Below, piece by piece: positions 40,701 through 49,595 of a DNA stretch of 64,000 nucleotides. Position 1 is the first letter of the stretch; each line of letters opens with the position of its first letter. Both the position numbers and the translations under genes were made by a program. The stretch lies in contig DYQK01000001.1 in assembly GCA_020719385.1 (NCBI GenBank), positions 5,630 to 69,629 of the forward strand. Direction: 5' to 3'. The stretch is from Rikenella microfusus (GTDB lineage: Bacteria > Bacteroidota > Bacteroidia > Bacteroidales > DYQK01). The notes under the pieces were generated by a model. That model ran no database searches. It saw only the letters and a program-made list of their open reading frames with translations, and was not told the origin of the DNA.

Positions 40701-43291
40701 ACGGTGCGATTCTGTGGTTGTTGCGTAATAACTGGTAAAACACAACTTTGAACCGTTAAAGAAGCATTATTTGAGGTAACTGCTCCGCAAGAATTTTCTA
40801 CTTGACAATTATAAACGCCGTTTCTGTTTGCAGTAACAGAAAGAATTCGAAGTATTCTTGAGTTTGAACCAATAACGAGAGTATCATAATTGCTGTTTAA
40901 TGGCACTGAATCTTTATACCATTGATAAGTGAGACTCGAACCCGTTGCGGTAACAGAAAATTCGGCATTTGTATTTTGCTGTGCGGTAAGTGAAGTTGGT
41001 TGCGAAGTAATTTGTGGAGTAACGCAAGTGTTTGTATTCACTGTTATTACTGCATTATTCGACTGAACCGTTCCGTAAGTGTTGGTTACTTGACAATAAT
41101 AAGTTCCAGCATCGGCGGTTGTTATTCCTGTTCTGCTGAAATTGGGCGAAGTTGCCCCTGAAATCGCAACATTACTTTTGTACCATTGATAAGTGAGATT
41201 CGAACCTGTTGCGGTAACAGACAAAGAGAGAGTTGCATTTGCGTTTAATGTTTGCGATAAAGGTTGCGTTGTAATGACAGGTAAATTGTTTCCATAAAAA
41301 CCTGTTCCCCAAACAATGGCACCGCGATAAAGATTCTGAACGTTGATGTCAGACAAAGTGCCAAGAGAACTTCCATAAGCATAATTTCCTGCGTGGCTGA
41401 AATAAATAACTCGTCCATTTCCATATTGTCGCACAATAACTGCATCTGTATTATTTTGTTGGTCGTACATCAAAGTTATTGCATCGTTGTGTCGTTTTCC
41501 ACCAATATTACTTCCTGAATTAAAAGTAAACTGATAAGGAACAAATTGCAAAGCAGGATGTCCTTGTTGACCGTTAACTGCCGTATAAGTGAGACTTCCC
41601 ATCACACCTGAGACTCTTACGCCGAGAATTAAATCGGTCATCGACATCATTCGGTTGCAAGAAATTTCATAAGCGTTCCATTCGTCACCGATGAAACAAC
41701 CACCATTTTGCACAAATTGCGTCAACGCAACTTGTCCCGAAGTAGGCATTTCTTGGTCGTAAGTTGTTCCGTTCAAGTGAATAACTGCGTTATAGCCGTT
41801 TAACGAAGGATTCGTGCCATTCCACTGACTTTCTGAAACATAACTAAAATCAACCGTCATTCCATAACTTTCGAGAAAATTATGTAAAGCAAGGGTATTT
41901 GAATTTGTTTGTGAATCGTCCCAAAGAATTAAAACGCGTGCGTTGGTGTAATATGTGCCGCCGCCGCCGTTTACGGTCAATGATGCTGTATAAGAAGTCA
42001 CCGTGCCGCAACTATTCGAGACAACACAATAATAATTCCCTGCGTCAGCCGTTGTTACGTAATTAATGTTGTATTGCGAAGTATTTGCTCCACTAATAAC
42101 AGCATTATTTTTATACCATTGATAAACTAAACCCGTTCCTGAAGCATTAACTGAAAACTGTGCTGCTTGTCCAACGCCTCGCGTGATACTTTGCGGATGA
42201 TAAACTATTGTCGGAGAAACACAAGAACTTTGATACGAATACGACAAAGTTGTCTGATAACTTAGCGGCTCGCAATAATAACGAGAAATATGAACATAAT
42301 ATGTCCCTGTTGACGAACAATTAAACGTTACATTGGAATATTGGTTGTAATTTCCATAGTTACCTGCAACTTCTGAACCATATTGGTTATAAACGCGAAT
42401 ATAAGCGTATTCATATCCGTTATTGTAGGCAGAAAAATTGTAATTCAACCCTGCGGTTGCACTAAAACTCCAAATATTGCGATAACTTGCATAAGCAGTG
42501 GTTGTTTGTGCATAGTTTGCAGGATAAATTGTTCCTCTATCATAAGGATTTCCGCAAGTATTGGGCAAATTCGAGTAATTAACTGTCAAAACTGCAGTTG
42601 CACTCGTCACAGAACCACAATTATTCGAGACAACACAATAATAACTGCCTGCATCGGCTTGAGTTACACTTGAAATAGTGTACGTTGCTCCGTAATTTCC
42701 AATGTTATAACCATTTTTATACCATTGATAAGTTAAACCGCTTCCTGTTGCAGAAACTGAAAACGAAACACTTTGATAAAGATTTGTCGAAACACTTTGT
42801 GGATGAGAGTAAAGTGCAGGAGGTGTGCAATAACCTTGCGAACTTCGATACTGAATATTTTGACTATTATTCAATGTTCCGCAAGAATATTGACTGAAAT
42901 GAACATAATAATAGCCTGAAGTTGAACAAGTCCAATCCATAGACGCACTTACGCCGCTGCAATACGGACCATTATCATCTCGGTTAGCAACCATCGAACC
43001 GTTCACGTCATAAATACGAAAGTAAGTATCGCCTGAACCTCCGCAATTATTGAAACTGTACATTTGCCCCGCAACAGCATAAAAACCCCACATATGTCTG
43101 TTACCTGCATACGCATAAGTACTTTGCCAACTTGTAGAGGGGGTCAATGTTCCATTGTAGGAATAGTAGCCGCAAGTATTTTGTGGCTGTGCGACAACAT
43201 CGCTCTGTGAAAATGTTAGGGAAAAACCCATCAAAAGAACCAAAATTAGACGTAATTTGGCATTCTTTTTTAAATTGTCAAGAAACCTCAT
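37739..43291 (-). CDS. 1850 aa T9SS-secreted multi-Ig surface protein
   Basis: Signal peptide, seven Ig repeats (YQWYK...GxYxCxV), a GATase-like domain, a YW-type propeller, C-terminal IEIFDIMGK...GTYVVKV...QKVIIK. Confidence 0.9.
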   Translation of the reverse strand: MRFLDNLKKNAKLRLILVLLMGFSLTFSQSDVVAQPQNTCGYYSYNGTLTPSTSWQSTYAYAGNRHMWGFYAVAGQMYSFNNCGGSGDTYFRIYDVNGSMVANRDDNGPYCSGVSASMDWTCSTSGYYYVHFSQYSCGTLNNSQNIQYRSSQGYCTPPALYSHPQSVSTNLYQSVSFSVSATGSGLTYQWYKNGYNIGNYGATYTISSVTQADAGSYYCVVSNNCGSVTSATAVLTVNYSNLPNTCGNPYDRGTIYPANYAQTTTAYASYRNIWSFSATAGLNYNFSAYNNGYEYAYIRVYNQYGSEVAGNYGNYNQYSNVTFNCSSTGTYYVHISRYYCEPLSYQTTLSYSYQSSCVSPTIVYHPQSITRGVGQAAQFSVNASGTGLVYQWYKNNAVISGANTSQYNINYVTTADAGNYYCVVSNSCGTVTSYTASLTVNGGGGTYYTNARVLILWDDSQTNSNTLALHNFLESYGMTVDFSYVSESQWNGTNPSLNGYNAVIHLNGTTYDQEMPTSGQVALTQFVQNGGCFIGDEWNAYEISCNRMMSMTDLILGVRVSGVMGSLTYTAVNGQQGHPALQFVPYQFTFNSGSNIGGKRHNDAITLMYDQQNNTDAVIVRQYGNGRVIYFSHAGNYAYGSSLGTLSDINVQNLYRGAIVWGTGFYGNNLPVITTQPLSQTLNANATLSLSVTATGSNLTYQWYKSNVAISGATSPNFSRTGITTADAGTYYCQVTNTYGTVQSNNAVITVNTNTCVTPQITSQPTSLTAQQNTNAEFSVTATGSSLTYQWYKDSVPLNSNYDTLVIGSNSRILRILSVTANRNGVYNCQVENSCGAVTSNNASLTVQSCVLPVITQQPQNRTVDAYQNTTFSTYATGQNITYQWFKDSAAISGATTRILTLNSVTEANEGIYNCEATNSCGSRSTNDVTLTVNVCDAPNITGNPQDIFIETGRLARLGVSATGSNLTYQWYRNNASISGATSDSLSVGPTQMSDTGVYYCIVSNGCGSDTSTFANLQIGQLYLYVAEMDTAGFYKVTRLNPDGTNRVTLVADDFEILDIAIDGAGNKIYWATENYVRKANLDGSGVDTFLTEAGINDIEFDHASNKLFVYSYGMIFVYDASGTQIDAINIGNSNANQGCAMQVLNGKVYFSSESGFIGRMEFNGASFTDTFIVTDYIPQGMFIDNTNIYWTMNEGFIGSALLNGSNVDNSFVSGLYSPTYLTKLQNDFYVAELIGSTIVKIDESSQTSEITDFSNIRAVKSAIGVPICMQPVIVQQPHPADTTVTFGQAISFDVQVTGTPQFTYQWYKNGQASRISSDYYIQRASISDTGTYFVTVTNRCGTVISNSAHLTVDFRTTTWNGTSWNNGSPDSSANAIIEDLYIVGINNSGLNLTARNLTIAPTGKLTVNTGKTVTVMGNILIRNTARGTGSLITNGVLRCSGTYSIERFVNDGNAPRPHWISIPMPTVPVSNLGTTIRLQQLNSGTGITGSNIANYTSGLQNYSVAAFNSPMKGYEVLLSTALRTITLTGGQFFSGEKVYSLRSGANLIGNPYPSTINWCIPQGWAKTSVTPTIYFLQGERIASYNATTSTGTFGATSKIPATQGFMVICNTATGTIKVNNLAREHQQQATYKSTQQSILKLSAGNEYATGDETVVMFNEQATTNFDNEFDAYKIFESNFALPHLYTTTDDGIPTAMNILPSTDVLPLYFEAGKSGNYTVAATEMKIENVYLEDILTGKFIDLSKENYSFDYSTSDNTHRFNLHFGKKTATDVKKVLATNAVNIYSFEKDVYISNLQGASKIEIFDIMGKNVALQTSENSFTKISLSISGTYVVKVFDKNGVSVQKVIIK

Positions 43292-43455
43292 AGTTTATGA
43301 ATATTGAGTTTTAAAAATTTTAAACTTTGCAAATATAAAACAATTTTTTATATAAAAAAAATAAAAAATAAAAAAAAATAAAAAAAAATTTAATTTTACA
43401 AATTTTGTAAATTAAACATTACATTTTTTCAATATTGAGTGAATTTTTGTTAAAC

Positions 43456-43488
43456 AATTTGTCAGATTTACTAAAAATCTGACAAATT
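43456..43488. repeat. REP-like palindrome, family 1, copy F
   Basis: AATTTGTCAGATTT-ACTAA-AAATCTGACAAATT with perfect 14-bp arms. Confidence 0.85.
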
Positions 43489-43509
43489 AGAAAAATATTT
43501 TAGAGAATT

Positions 43510-44754
43510 TTACTGAAATTGTAATGCTTTTATTGGGGAAATTTTCGAAATCATTATCGAGGGTAAAACTAAAAATGTTAAAGTAGCAATTAAAGTACCT
43601 AAATTCAGAAATAAACAATACCAAAAATTTAACTCTATCGGCACAACATTGACGTAATAAGTCGCAGCATCAAGGGTAATTATTCCTGTGAATTTTTGTA
43701 TTAAACAAATTCCGATTCCGATAACATTGCCCCAAAACAACGATTTTATCACGAGAAAAAACGCATAACTGAGAAAAATATTTTTAATTTTTCGATTAGA
43801 AAATCCGAGAGTTTTAAAAATTCCGATGCTTTTTGTGCGTTCTAAAATCAAAATTAAATAACCCGAAATAATATTTATGCCCGCAACGAGAGTCATTAAA
43901 CCTAAAATTACCCAAACATTGGTGTCAATTAACGAGAGCCAATCGAAAAGTTGAGGGAAATTTTCTTTTATTGTCGCAATTTTAAACTTCGAATTTTCTG
44001 CCGTAAAAGTGTAACCCGCTGCTTCATAGACTTCTTGCGTTATTGGGTCGAGATTTTCAAAATGATTTATCAAAATTTCGAAGCCGCTGACTTGCGAGTT
44101 AGTCCAATTATTTAATTTTCGAATATGAGAAATATCAACAAAAGCAAATAATTTGTCGTGTTCTTCCATTCCTGTGTTGAAGATTCCTGAAATTTTAAAT
44201 TTTCGAATCCGCGGCGGATTCTGAATAAAATAAATTTTCAAGGAATCAAGAAGTTTTAACTGCAACAAATTTGCGAGTGAACGAGAAATTAAGATATTTT
44301 TCGATGTTATTGAGTCGTTGAGAGTTAAAATTTCTCCTTCTGCGAGGTGCATTTTAAAAAAATCCCAATTAAAATGTTGGTCGATTCCTTTCAAAACTAC
44401 ACCCTGCATCACATTTTTTGTTTTAATAATTCCTGCTTTTGTAGCAAAAATTTGAATATGTTTAATTCCCTGAATTTTCTGAATTTCCTTGATAAATGGC
44501 TGATTTTTATCAACAGGCGCGGTTTCGTAAGAAACATTTAAGTCATAATTGGTGAGAGTTATGTGCGACCCAAAACCAACAATTTTGTTTCGAATTTGTT
44601 CCTTAAACCCCGTAACAATTGCCACTGAGAGCAACATTACCGCAAGACTAAGCGAAACACTAAAAACAGCAATCGAAATGATGGAATGAAATCCAACGGT
44701 TTGCTGTGAACGATAGGTGAAAAAACGTTTCGCAATAAAAAATTCTGTTCGCAA
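43510..44754 (-). CDS. Lipoprotein-releasing ABC permease (LolC/E family)
   Basis: EFFIAKR, AIVTGFK, LILERTKSIG, YYVNVVP, ISPIKAL. Confidence 0.88.
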   Translation of the reverse strand: MRTEFFIAKRFFTYRSQQTVGFHSIISIAVFSVSLSLAVMLLSVAIVTGFKEQIRNKIVGFGSHITLTNYDLNVSYETAPVDKNQPFIKEIQKIQGIKHIQIFATKAGIIKTKNVMQGVVLKGIDQHFNWDFFKMHLAEGEILTLNDSITSKNILISRSLANLLQLKLLDSLKIYFIQNPPRIRKFKISGIFNTGMEEHDKLFAFVDISHIRKLNNWTNSQVSGFEILINHFENLDPITQEVYEAAGYTFTAENSKFKIATIKENFPQLFDWLSLIDTNVWVILGLMTLVAGINIISGYLILILERTKSIGIFKTLGFSNRKIKNIFLSYAFFLVIKSLFWGNVIGIGICLIQKFTGIITLDAATYYVNVVPIELNFWYCLFLNLGTLIATLTFLVLPSIMISKISPIKALQFQ

Positions 44755-44786
44755 AATAAAAAAAATTACAAATTTTCTGATAAATT

Positions 44787-44844
44787 TGTTAAAAATTCGT
44801 TGATAAATTTAACATTTTTTATTTTTTATCAACGAATTTTAACA
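44787..44844. repeat. Long inverted repeat (16-bp perfect core, 17-nt spacer)
   Basis: AAAATTCGTTGATAAA ... TTTATCAACGAATTTT. Confidence 0.85.
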
Positions 44845-45882
44845 TTAATTATAACTTGCAAAATTAATAAATTGCGAAGGAACATTTTCAACAAGCCACA
44901 CATTATTTGAAGTATGATAAAAAGTAAACCCTTGTCGTTGCATTTCTCCCGATTTAATTGCCAAAATAATTGAGTTTTTGCGTCTTTTCGAGACCTGCAA
45001 AGCCGTTTCGTAATTTGGCGAGAGATGGACGTGAGTGCGTTGCCCTTTGAGTAAACCTTCTTTTTTGATACTTTGTAAAAAGTCGCTTGACGTTCCGTGA
45101 AATAAAAGTTCAGGCGGCACCGAGGGCGGAATATCTAACGCAACTTTCACTGAATGTCCTTGTACGGCGCGGATTTTCGCAAAACTTGAACTAAACGCAA
45201 AACGTTTTTTGTCATTTTTTTCGACAATCATTAATAATTTCTCGAAATCGAGATTTATACCCCTTTCGCTGCACTTTCGCAGCAAAGTATTGGTTGAGGT
45301 CCAGCCGTTTTTATCGAGCGAGATGCCGATTTCTTCGGGTTTATGTCGTAAAACGAGACTGAGGAATTTGCTAATATTGGTTATTTCCTTATGTTCTTTG
45401 TGCAAAAGTTTCTCTGATTTGTCGTTTTTCACGTTCAAAACATCTAAGATGGGTAAAATATATTCCTTTGTTAGCCCTGTTCCGGGATTTACCCACACAA
45501 AATTTGACGGAAAACAAGTTAAACTGATGTCGTCGAGAATCACAAAATCTTTGATTTCATTTTCTCGCACATACGTTTCGACTTCCTCCTCTCGTCCCAA
45601 ATATTTGAGAATCGTTGTATCTATCGGGCTTTTCGAAACGTTATTGAACTTAAATAATTGGTTTAACTTTTCCAAATCGGAGTAATTAAAACGCCAGTCG
45701 GAGGAGAGAATTATCTCGGCACCGCTAACTTTTAAAATTCTGTTCAACACCTTCACGCAATGCGGGTCGAAAGGATAACCATTTTCGTCGAACCACTTTG
45801 AACGCCGTTTATTCTGTCCCCAACCTGTGGATAAAACGCCGTCAATGTCTAAGAATATTGCCTTTTCGATTTTTCTTTTCAT
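44845..45882 (-). CDS. kptA: Fusion of a HAD phosphoesterase (HAD_SAK_2-like) and an RNA 2'-phosphotransferase (Tpt1/KptA)
   Basis: N-half: FLDIDGVL, ILSSDWR, FVILDD. C-half: SKFLSLVLRH, DKKRF, RAVQGHS, LFHGT, RTHVHLS, NNVWL. Confidence 0.9.
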   Translation of the reverse strand: MKRKIEKAIFLDIDGVLSTGWGQNKRRSKWFDENGYPFDPHCVKVLNRILKVSGAEIILSSDWRFNYSDLEKLNQLFKFNNVSKSPIDTTILKYLGREEEVETYVRENEIKDFVILDDISLTCFPSNFVWVNPGTGLTKEYILPILDVLNVKNDKSEKLLHKEHKEITNISKFLSLVLRHKPEEIGISLDKNGWTSTNTLLRKCSERGINLDFEKLLMIVEKNDKKRFAFSSSFAKIRAVQGHSVKVALDIPPSVPPELLFHGTSSDFLQSIKKEGLLKGQRTHVHLSPNYETALQVSKRRKNSIILAIKSGEMQRQGFTFYHTSNNVWLVENVPSQFINFASYN

Positions 45883-45888
45883 AAGTTT

Positions 45889-46464
45889 TTACTCAAAAAT
45901 ATCATTGAGATTGATAATTAAGTCGCCGTTAAAAATAAAAACAGGAATAGAGTCTTCTTGAGTGTAGATTCCGTTTAAAAAATATTTTCTGTTTTCGTTT
46001 AACAAAAAAACGTGAACATTTTTTTCATCAGGTCGAACCACCCAATATTCCTTCACCCCAAATTTCTCGTACACTTCAAATTTATCTTTTACATCTCGCT
46101 TCGAATTTTTTGAAGAAACAATTTCGATAATTAAGTCAGGACTTCCGAGACAACCGCGTTTGTCAATTTTTGATAAATCACAAATCACACAAATATCGGG
46201 CTGAACAACGGTGTGAACTTTCTTGTTTTCTTTTTCTCCGTTTTCATACAAACGCACATCGAAAGGTGCAACAAACACTTTACAAGGTTTTTTTCGCAAA
46301 AAATTCCAAAAAGTTCCCGACAAATTACTCGAAATAGTTTGATGAGTCGAAGACGGTGCCGCCATTTTGAAAGCAAAACCGTTGATTAACTCGCGGCGAA
46401 TGTTGTCAACCCAAGTGAGATAATCTGCATAGGAGTAACGCAAAGATAAATTTAATGTTTTCAT
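45889..46464 (-). CDS. Uma2-family endonuclease
   Basis: YSYADYLTW, RELING, APFDVRL, VQPD, PDLIIEIVS, GVKEYW. Confidence 0.92.
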   Translation of the reverse strand: MKTLNLSLRYSYADYLTWVDNIRRELINGFAFKMAAPSSTHQTISSNLSGTFWNFLRKKPCKVFVAPFDVRLYENGEKENKKVHTVVQPDICVICDLSKIDKRGCLGSPDLIIEIVSSKNSKRDVKDKFEVYEKFGVKEYWVVRPDEKNVHVFLLNENRKYFLNGIYTQEDSIPVFIFNGDLIINLNDIFE

Positions 46465-46471
46465 AAAATGG

Positions 46472-47284
46472 TTATTTTACGATTTCAATGGTCATTTTTA
46501 GGTCAGTTATGGGTCTATCGCCGGGTTTTGTTTGTACTGCGGCGATTTTGTCAATAACATCAAGTCCTTCGATTACTTCACCGAAGACGGTATAATTTCC
46601 ATCTAAAAATGGAGTGCCTCCGTTGGTGGAATATTCTCGAAGTTGTTCTTCTGAAAATTGTAACAAAGTAATTTCTTTCGCAATTTCTTTGTCAATTTCC
46701 TCAATAATTCGGTTTAACTCTTTTATATTTCCTGCTTTTTGCAACGAATCCAAGGTTTTTCTCAACGCATTTTTTTCAGGTTTCTGAATATACTGCATAA
46801 ATTTTTGATTCTTAGCGTTGTCATTAATCTGTTGTTGCATCGAAAGAAGTTCTTGCGTGGAATATTTTTTCCCCTGCACAATATAAAATTGCGAACCTGA
46901 CGAGGCTTTGGTCGGATTTACTTGGTCGGCTTGTCTTGCGGCTGCGAGAGCACCTTTTTTGTGAAAAAATTTGGGATTAAACTCTGCAGGAATAGTGTAA
47001 CTTGGACCGCCGCTGCCCAATTGAGTGTTGGGACCAGCATTTCGAGATGTTGGGTCGCCGCCCTGAATCATAAAATCTTTTATGACGCGGTGAAATAACA
47101 AACCATCGAAAAATTTTTCGTTGACAAGTTTAATAAAATTGTCTCGATGTTTTGGGGTTTCGTCATAGAGACGAATCTTAATGTTGCCGTATTCGGTTTT
47201 GATAATAACCATTGTTTGTTGATTTTGCTGGGAAAAACTGTTCAAAGTTTGTCCCAAAAGAAAAATGAAAAATAAATACTTCAT
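46472..47284 (-). CDS. Cyclophilin-type peptidyl-prolyl isomerase, exported
   Basis: FHRVIKDFMIQGGDP, SSGSQFYIV, GNYTVFGEV; signal peptide from MKYLFF. Confidence 0.93.
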   Translation of the reverse strand: MKYLFFIFLLGQTLNSFSQQNQQTMVIIKTEYGNIKIRLYDETPKHRDNFIKLVNEKFFDGLLFHRVIKDFMIQGGDPTSRNAGPNTQLGSGGPSYTIPAEFNPKFFHKKGALAAARQADQVNPTKASSGSQFYIVQGKKYSTQELLSMQQQINDNAKNQKFMQYIQKPEKNALRKTLDSLQKAGNIKELNRIIEEIDKEIAKEITLLQFSEEQLREYSTNGGTPFLDGNYTVFGEVIEGLDVIDKIAAVQTKPGDRPITDLKMTIEIVK

Positions 47285-47506
47285 AATCGAAAAAAAATTT
47301 TGCAAATATAAAAAATTTTTCACAAAAAATCGAAAAACAAATTATTTCTCAAACTGTTTTAGTGAATTTTTAATTAGACATCTTTCCAAATTATTTTCAA
47401 CAGAAAAACGTGAACAATTTTTTGCTTTTTCGAAAATTTTCTGAGAAAAATTGCATTTTAGAATAACGAAAAATAGAGAAATTTGATTAAATTTTAGAAT
47501 TTTCGT

Positions 47507-47540
47507 TGCAAATATAATTTATTTTTTCAAGAAAACAATA
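47507..47540 (-). promoter_or_regulatory. Promoter module (TTG-N19-TATATTTGCA), near-identical to 48052-48085
   Basis: 21 identical bp and 3 mismatches over 34 bp versus the copy at 48052. Confidence 0.6.
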
Positions 47541-47608
47541 TTTTTCGGAAAAATTTATTTTTTTAAAAGTGAATAATTTAACAAAATATAATTAATGTTT
47601 TACAAATA

Positions 47609-48028
47609 TCAAGCAACAACCAAATATGTGCTTAATAAATCGTATGGTAAAAATTTGAGTGTTTGTTTTTGTAAATCAAGTTCTATTCCCATTGCTTCCA
47701 AAGGAACAACACCTAATAATGGCTGTGCGTCATCGGGTAATTCGATACATTCGCAAACGGTTTCTCGTTCTAATAAGCGAATTTTTACATCGCAGTAAAT
47801 GTTGCGTTCAAAAATACCTGATGCTGTCGAAACTGCAACAATTTTTAACACTTTTAATCCCAATTGTTTGATAAGTTTGGCTGGCAATGCTAGTGTTGTT
47901 GCTCCCGTATCAATTAAAACGTTTTCAACGGTCATTTGTCGAACGTCTTCTTTTTTCATTATTTCTGCCTCCAATTTAATTTCATCAATGTGGTTGATAA
48001 TGAAAAGTTTAGTAATTATTTTTCCCAT
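47609..48028 (-). CDS. Clan AA (retropepsin-like) aspartic protease
   Basis: LIDTGAT and LLGVVPLE; ATG at 48028 (GTG at 48049 possible). Confidence 0.88.
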   Translation of the reverse strand: MGKIITKLFIINHIDEIKLEAEIMKKEDVRQMTVENVLIDTGATTLALPAKLIKQLGLKVLKIVAVSTASGIFERNIYCDVKIRLLERETVCECIELPDDAQPLLGVVPLEAMGIELDLQKQTLKFLPYDLLSTYLVVA

Positions 48029-48122
48029 ATTTTTTTCATATATTTTCACTCTGCAAATATAATTTATTTTTTTGAGAAAACAAAAACTTTTCTGAAAAAA
48101 TCAGAAAAGAACAAATAAAAAA

Positions 48123-48196
48123 TCGGGGTGAGAAGACTCGAACTTCCGACCACTTGCACCCCATGCAAGTACGCTAGCCAACTGCGCTACACCCCG
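48123..48196 (-). tRNA. tRNA-Pro (GGG)
   Basis: CGGGGTGTAGCGCAG...CTTGC-ATGGGGT-GCAAG...GTTCGAGT...CACCCCGA. Confidence 0.96.
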
Positions 48197-48311
48197 CTAA
48201 AAACCTTTTTACTATGAAAACGCTGCAAAAGTAAACCTTTTTTTCGATTCTGCAAAATTTTTCGCATAAAATCTCGAAAAAAATTTTAAATTTTTTCTAA
48301 AATCTTAATTA

Positions 48312-48686
48312 TCAAGCAGTTAAATTTTCAATATTTCCCTCCGATTCTTGTTTTTTCTTGCGAAAATAAAATTTATACGCAATTATTCCCGCAAAAAGCG
48401 AAATTAAACTTCCCAAAATTAAACGTCTTTGCGGCAATTTTTTATAAACATTCACAATATTTTCCCGATACTTCAACGCAACAGGAATCAATTGCAACAA
48501 ACTTTGCTGCATATCAAAATTCGATAAAACTTCATTGTAAACATTTCCTGGTGTCGTATTTTCCTTTATTGACGCAAATCTTTTGCGAATTCGAGTTTCG
48601 TGATGTTTAATTCTTTTCCGCAAAACCGCCTTTTGATACCGAATATCTTTCACCGTCTCGATATCTTTGTAAACTTTTATTTTCAT
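48312..48686 (-). CDS. Hypothetical protein with C-terminal TM
   Basis: Overlaps the upstream gene by 4 bp; third gene of a YtxH / holin-like / hypothetical trio. Confidence 0.75.
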   Translation of the reverse strand: MKIKVYKDIETVKDIRYQKAVLRKRIKHHETRIRKRFASIKENTTPGNVYNEVLSNFDMQQSLLQLIPVALKYRENIVNVYKKLPQRRLILGSLISLFAGIIAYKFYFRKKKQESEGNIENLTA

Positions 48687-49051
48687 TTCTTCTCTTTTTT
48701 GGGTTTAAAAATTGACTTCAAAATGACATTAATAATTGGTTGAGCAATCCATTTTTTCCGAAAAACGACAATTAAAATCACCGCCATAAGATAAATTCCT
48801 GCCACAGTGAAAAAACCTAACGAATTACTTTTAAAAATCTCGCCTAAAAAATATCCGAAACCAAGCGAAATAAACAGCAAAAATGAAATTCCCAACAACA
48901 AAACTATTAACGTAACCACTAAATAAGCCGCCACCATAACCAACTTTTCAGTCAGGTCTAATTGCAACCATTGATAGCGTGTTTCGAGATATTGTCGCAC
49001 CTCGGCAACCAACTCGATAATCGTTTTTTTCAACGTAAATTGTTCATCCAT
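48683..49051 (-). CDS. Phage-holin-family-like membrane protein (2 TM)
   Basis: YLETRYQWLQLDLTEK followed by two TM helices; position after YtxH. Confidence 0.75.
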   Translation of the reverse strand: MDEQFTLKKTIIELVAEVRQYLETRYQWLQLDLTEKLVMVAAYLVVTLIVLLLGISFLLFISLGFGYFLGEIFKSNSLGFFTVAGIYLMAVILIVVFRKKWIAQPIINVILKSIFKPKKEKK

Positions 49052-49076
49052 AAAAATAATTTTTCAATTTAAAAAC

Positions 49077-49111
49077 AACACTCCGCTTGAGATAACTCTC
49101 ATCGGAGTGTT
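49077..49111 (-). terminator. Hairpin/terminator after the YtxH gene
   Basis: AACACTCCG..TGAGA-TAAC-TCTCA.CGGAGTGTT, followed by a U-run on the minus strand. Confidence 0.65.
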
Positions 49112-49139
49112 TGTTCAGAAATATCAAAGACAAAATATT

Positions 49140-49343
49140 TTATTCTTCAACTTCGTCTTCGTCTTTTTTCCCGCGAATTTTCTTGTAAGCCTGCGTAGCT
49201 TTTTCTCCCAAAGCAGAGAGTTTGTCTTTAATTTTTTTACGAGTTTCCGAACCCTTGTCGGGGGCAAGTAAAATTCCGAGACTTGCACCTGCTGCTGCGC
49301 CAGCTAAGAAAGCTGCTAATAATTTTGCTGTTTCGCTTTTCAT
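49140..49343 (-). CDS. YtxH domain protein
   Basis: FLAGAAAGASLGILLAPDKGSETRKKI. Confidence 0.9.
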   Translation of the reverse strand: MKSETAKLLAAFLAGAAAGASLGILLAPDKGSETRKKIKDKLSALGEKATQAYKKIRGKKDEDEVEE

Positions 49344-49595
49344 ACTTATGCGTTTTAAAATGGTTAAATACTTAAATTCTCAAAAATAAACTTTTGCAAA
49401 AATAATATTTTTTTTGAATTTTACAAAGTTTTTACAAAAATAATTTTATTTTTTTTTATTAAAAATTCTAATTGCTTGAAAATTAACGAATTAAAATTTT
49501 TGAAAATAATTTTTTTTTCATTTTTTATCAAAATATCACTTTTTTTCATTACATTTGCACCGCAAAATTTTTTTCACAAAAAAATACGTAAATTT

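Noticed and set aside
45209..45685. 158 aa antisense ORF, and the many other 60-140 aa overlapping ORFs in the track
   Set aside because: They are shadows of well-supported genes and have no recognisable motifs
47609..48028. Retroelement suggested by the retropepsin-like protease
   Set aside because: No reverse transcriptase or integrase; stand-alone clan AA proteases are common in bacteria
44845..48196. tRNA-Pro-anchored integrative element
   Set aside because: No integrase and no duplicated tRNA 3' end seen; includes a housekeeping cyclophilin
48683..49051. Prophage suggested by the holin-family gene
   Set aside because: No other phage genes; the YtxH / holin-like trio is an ordinary chromosomal arrangement
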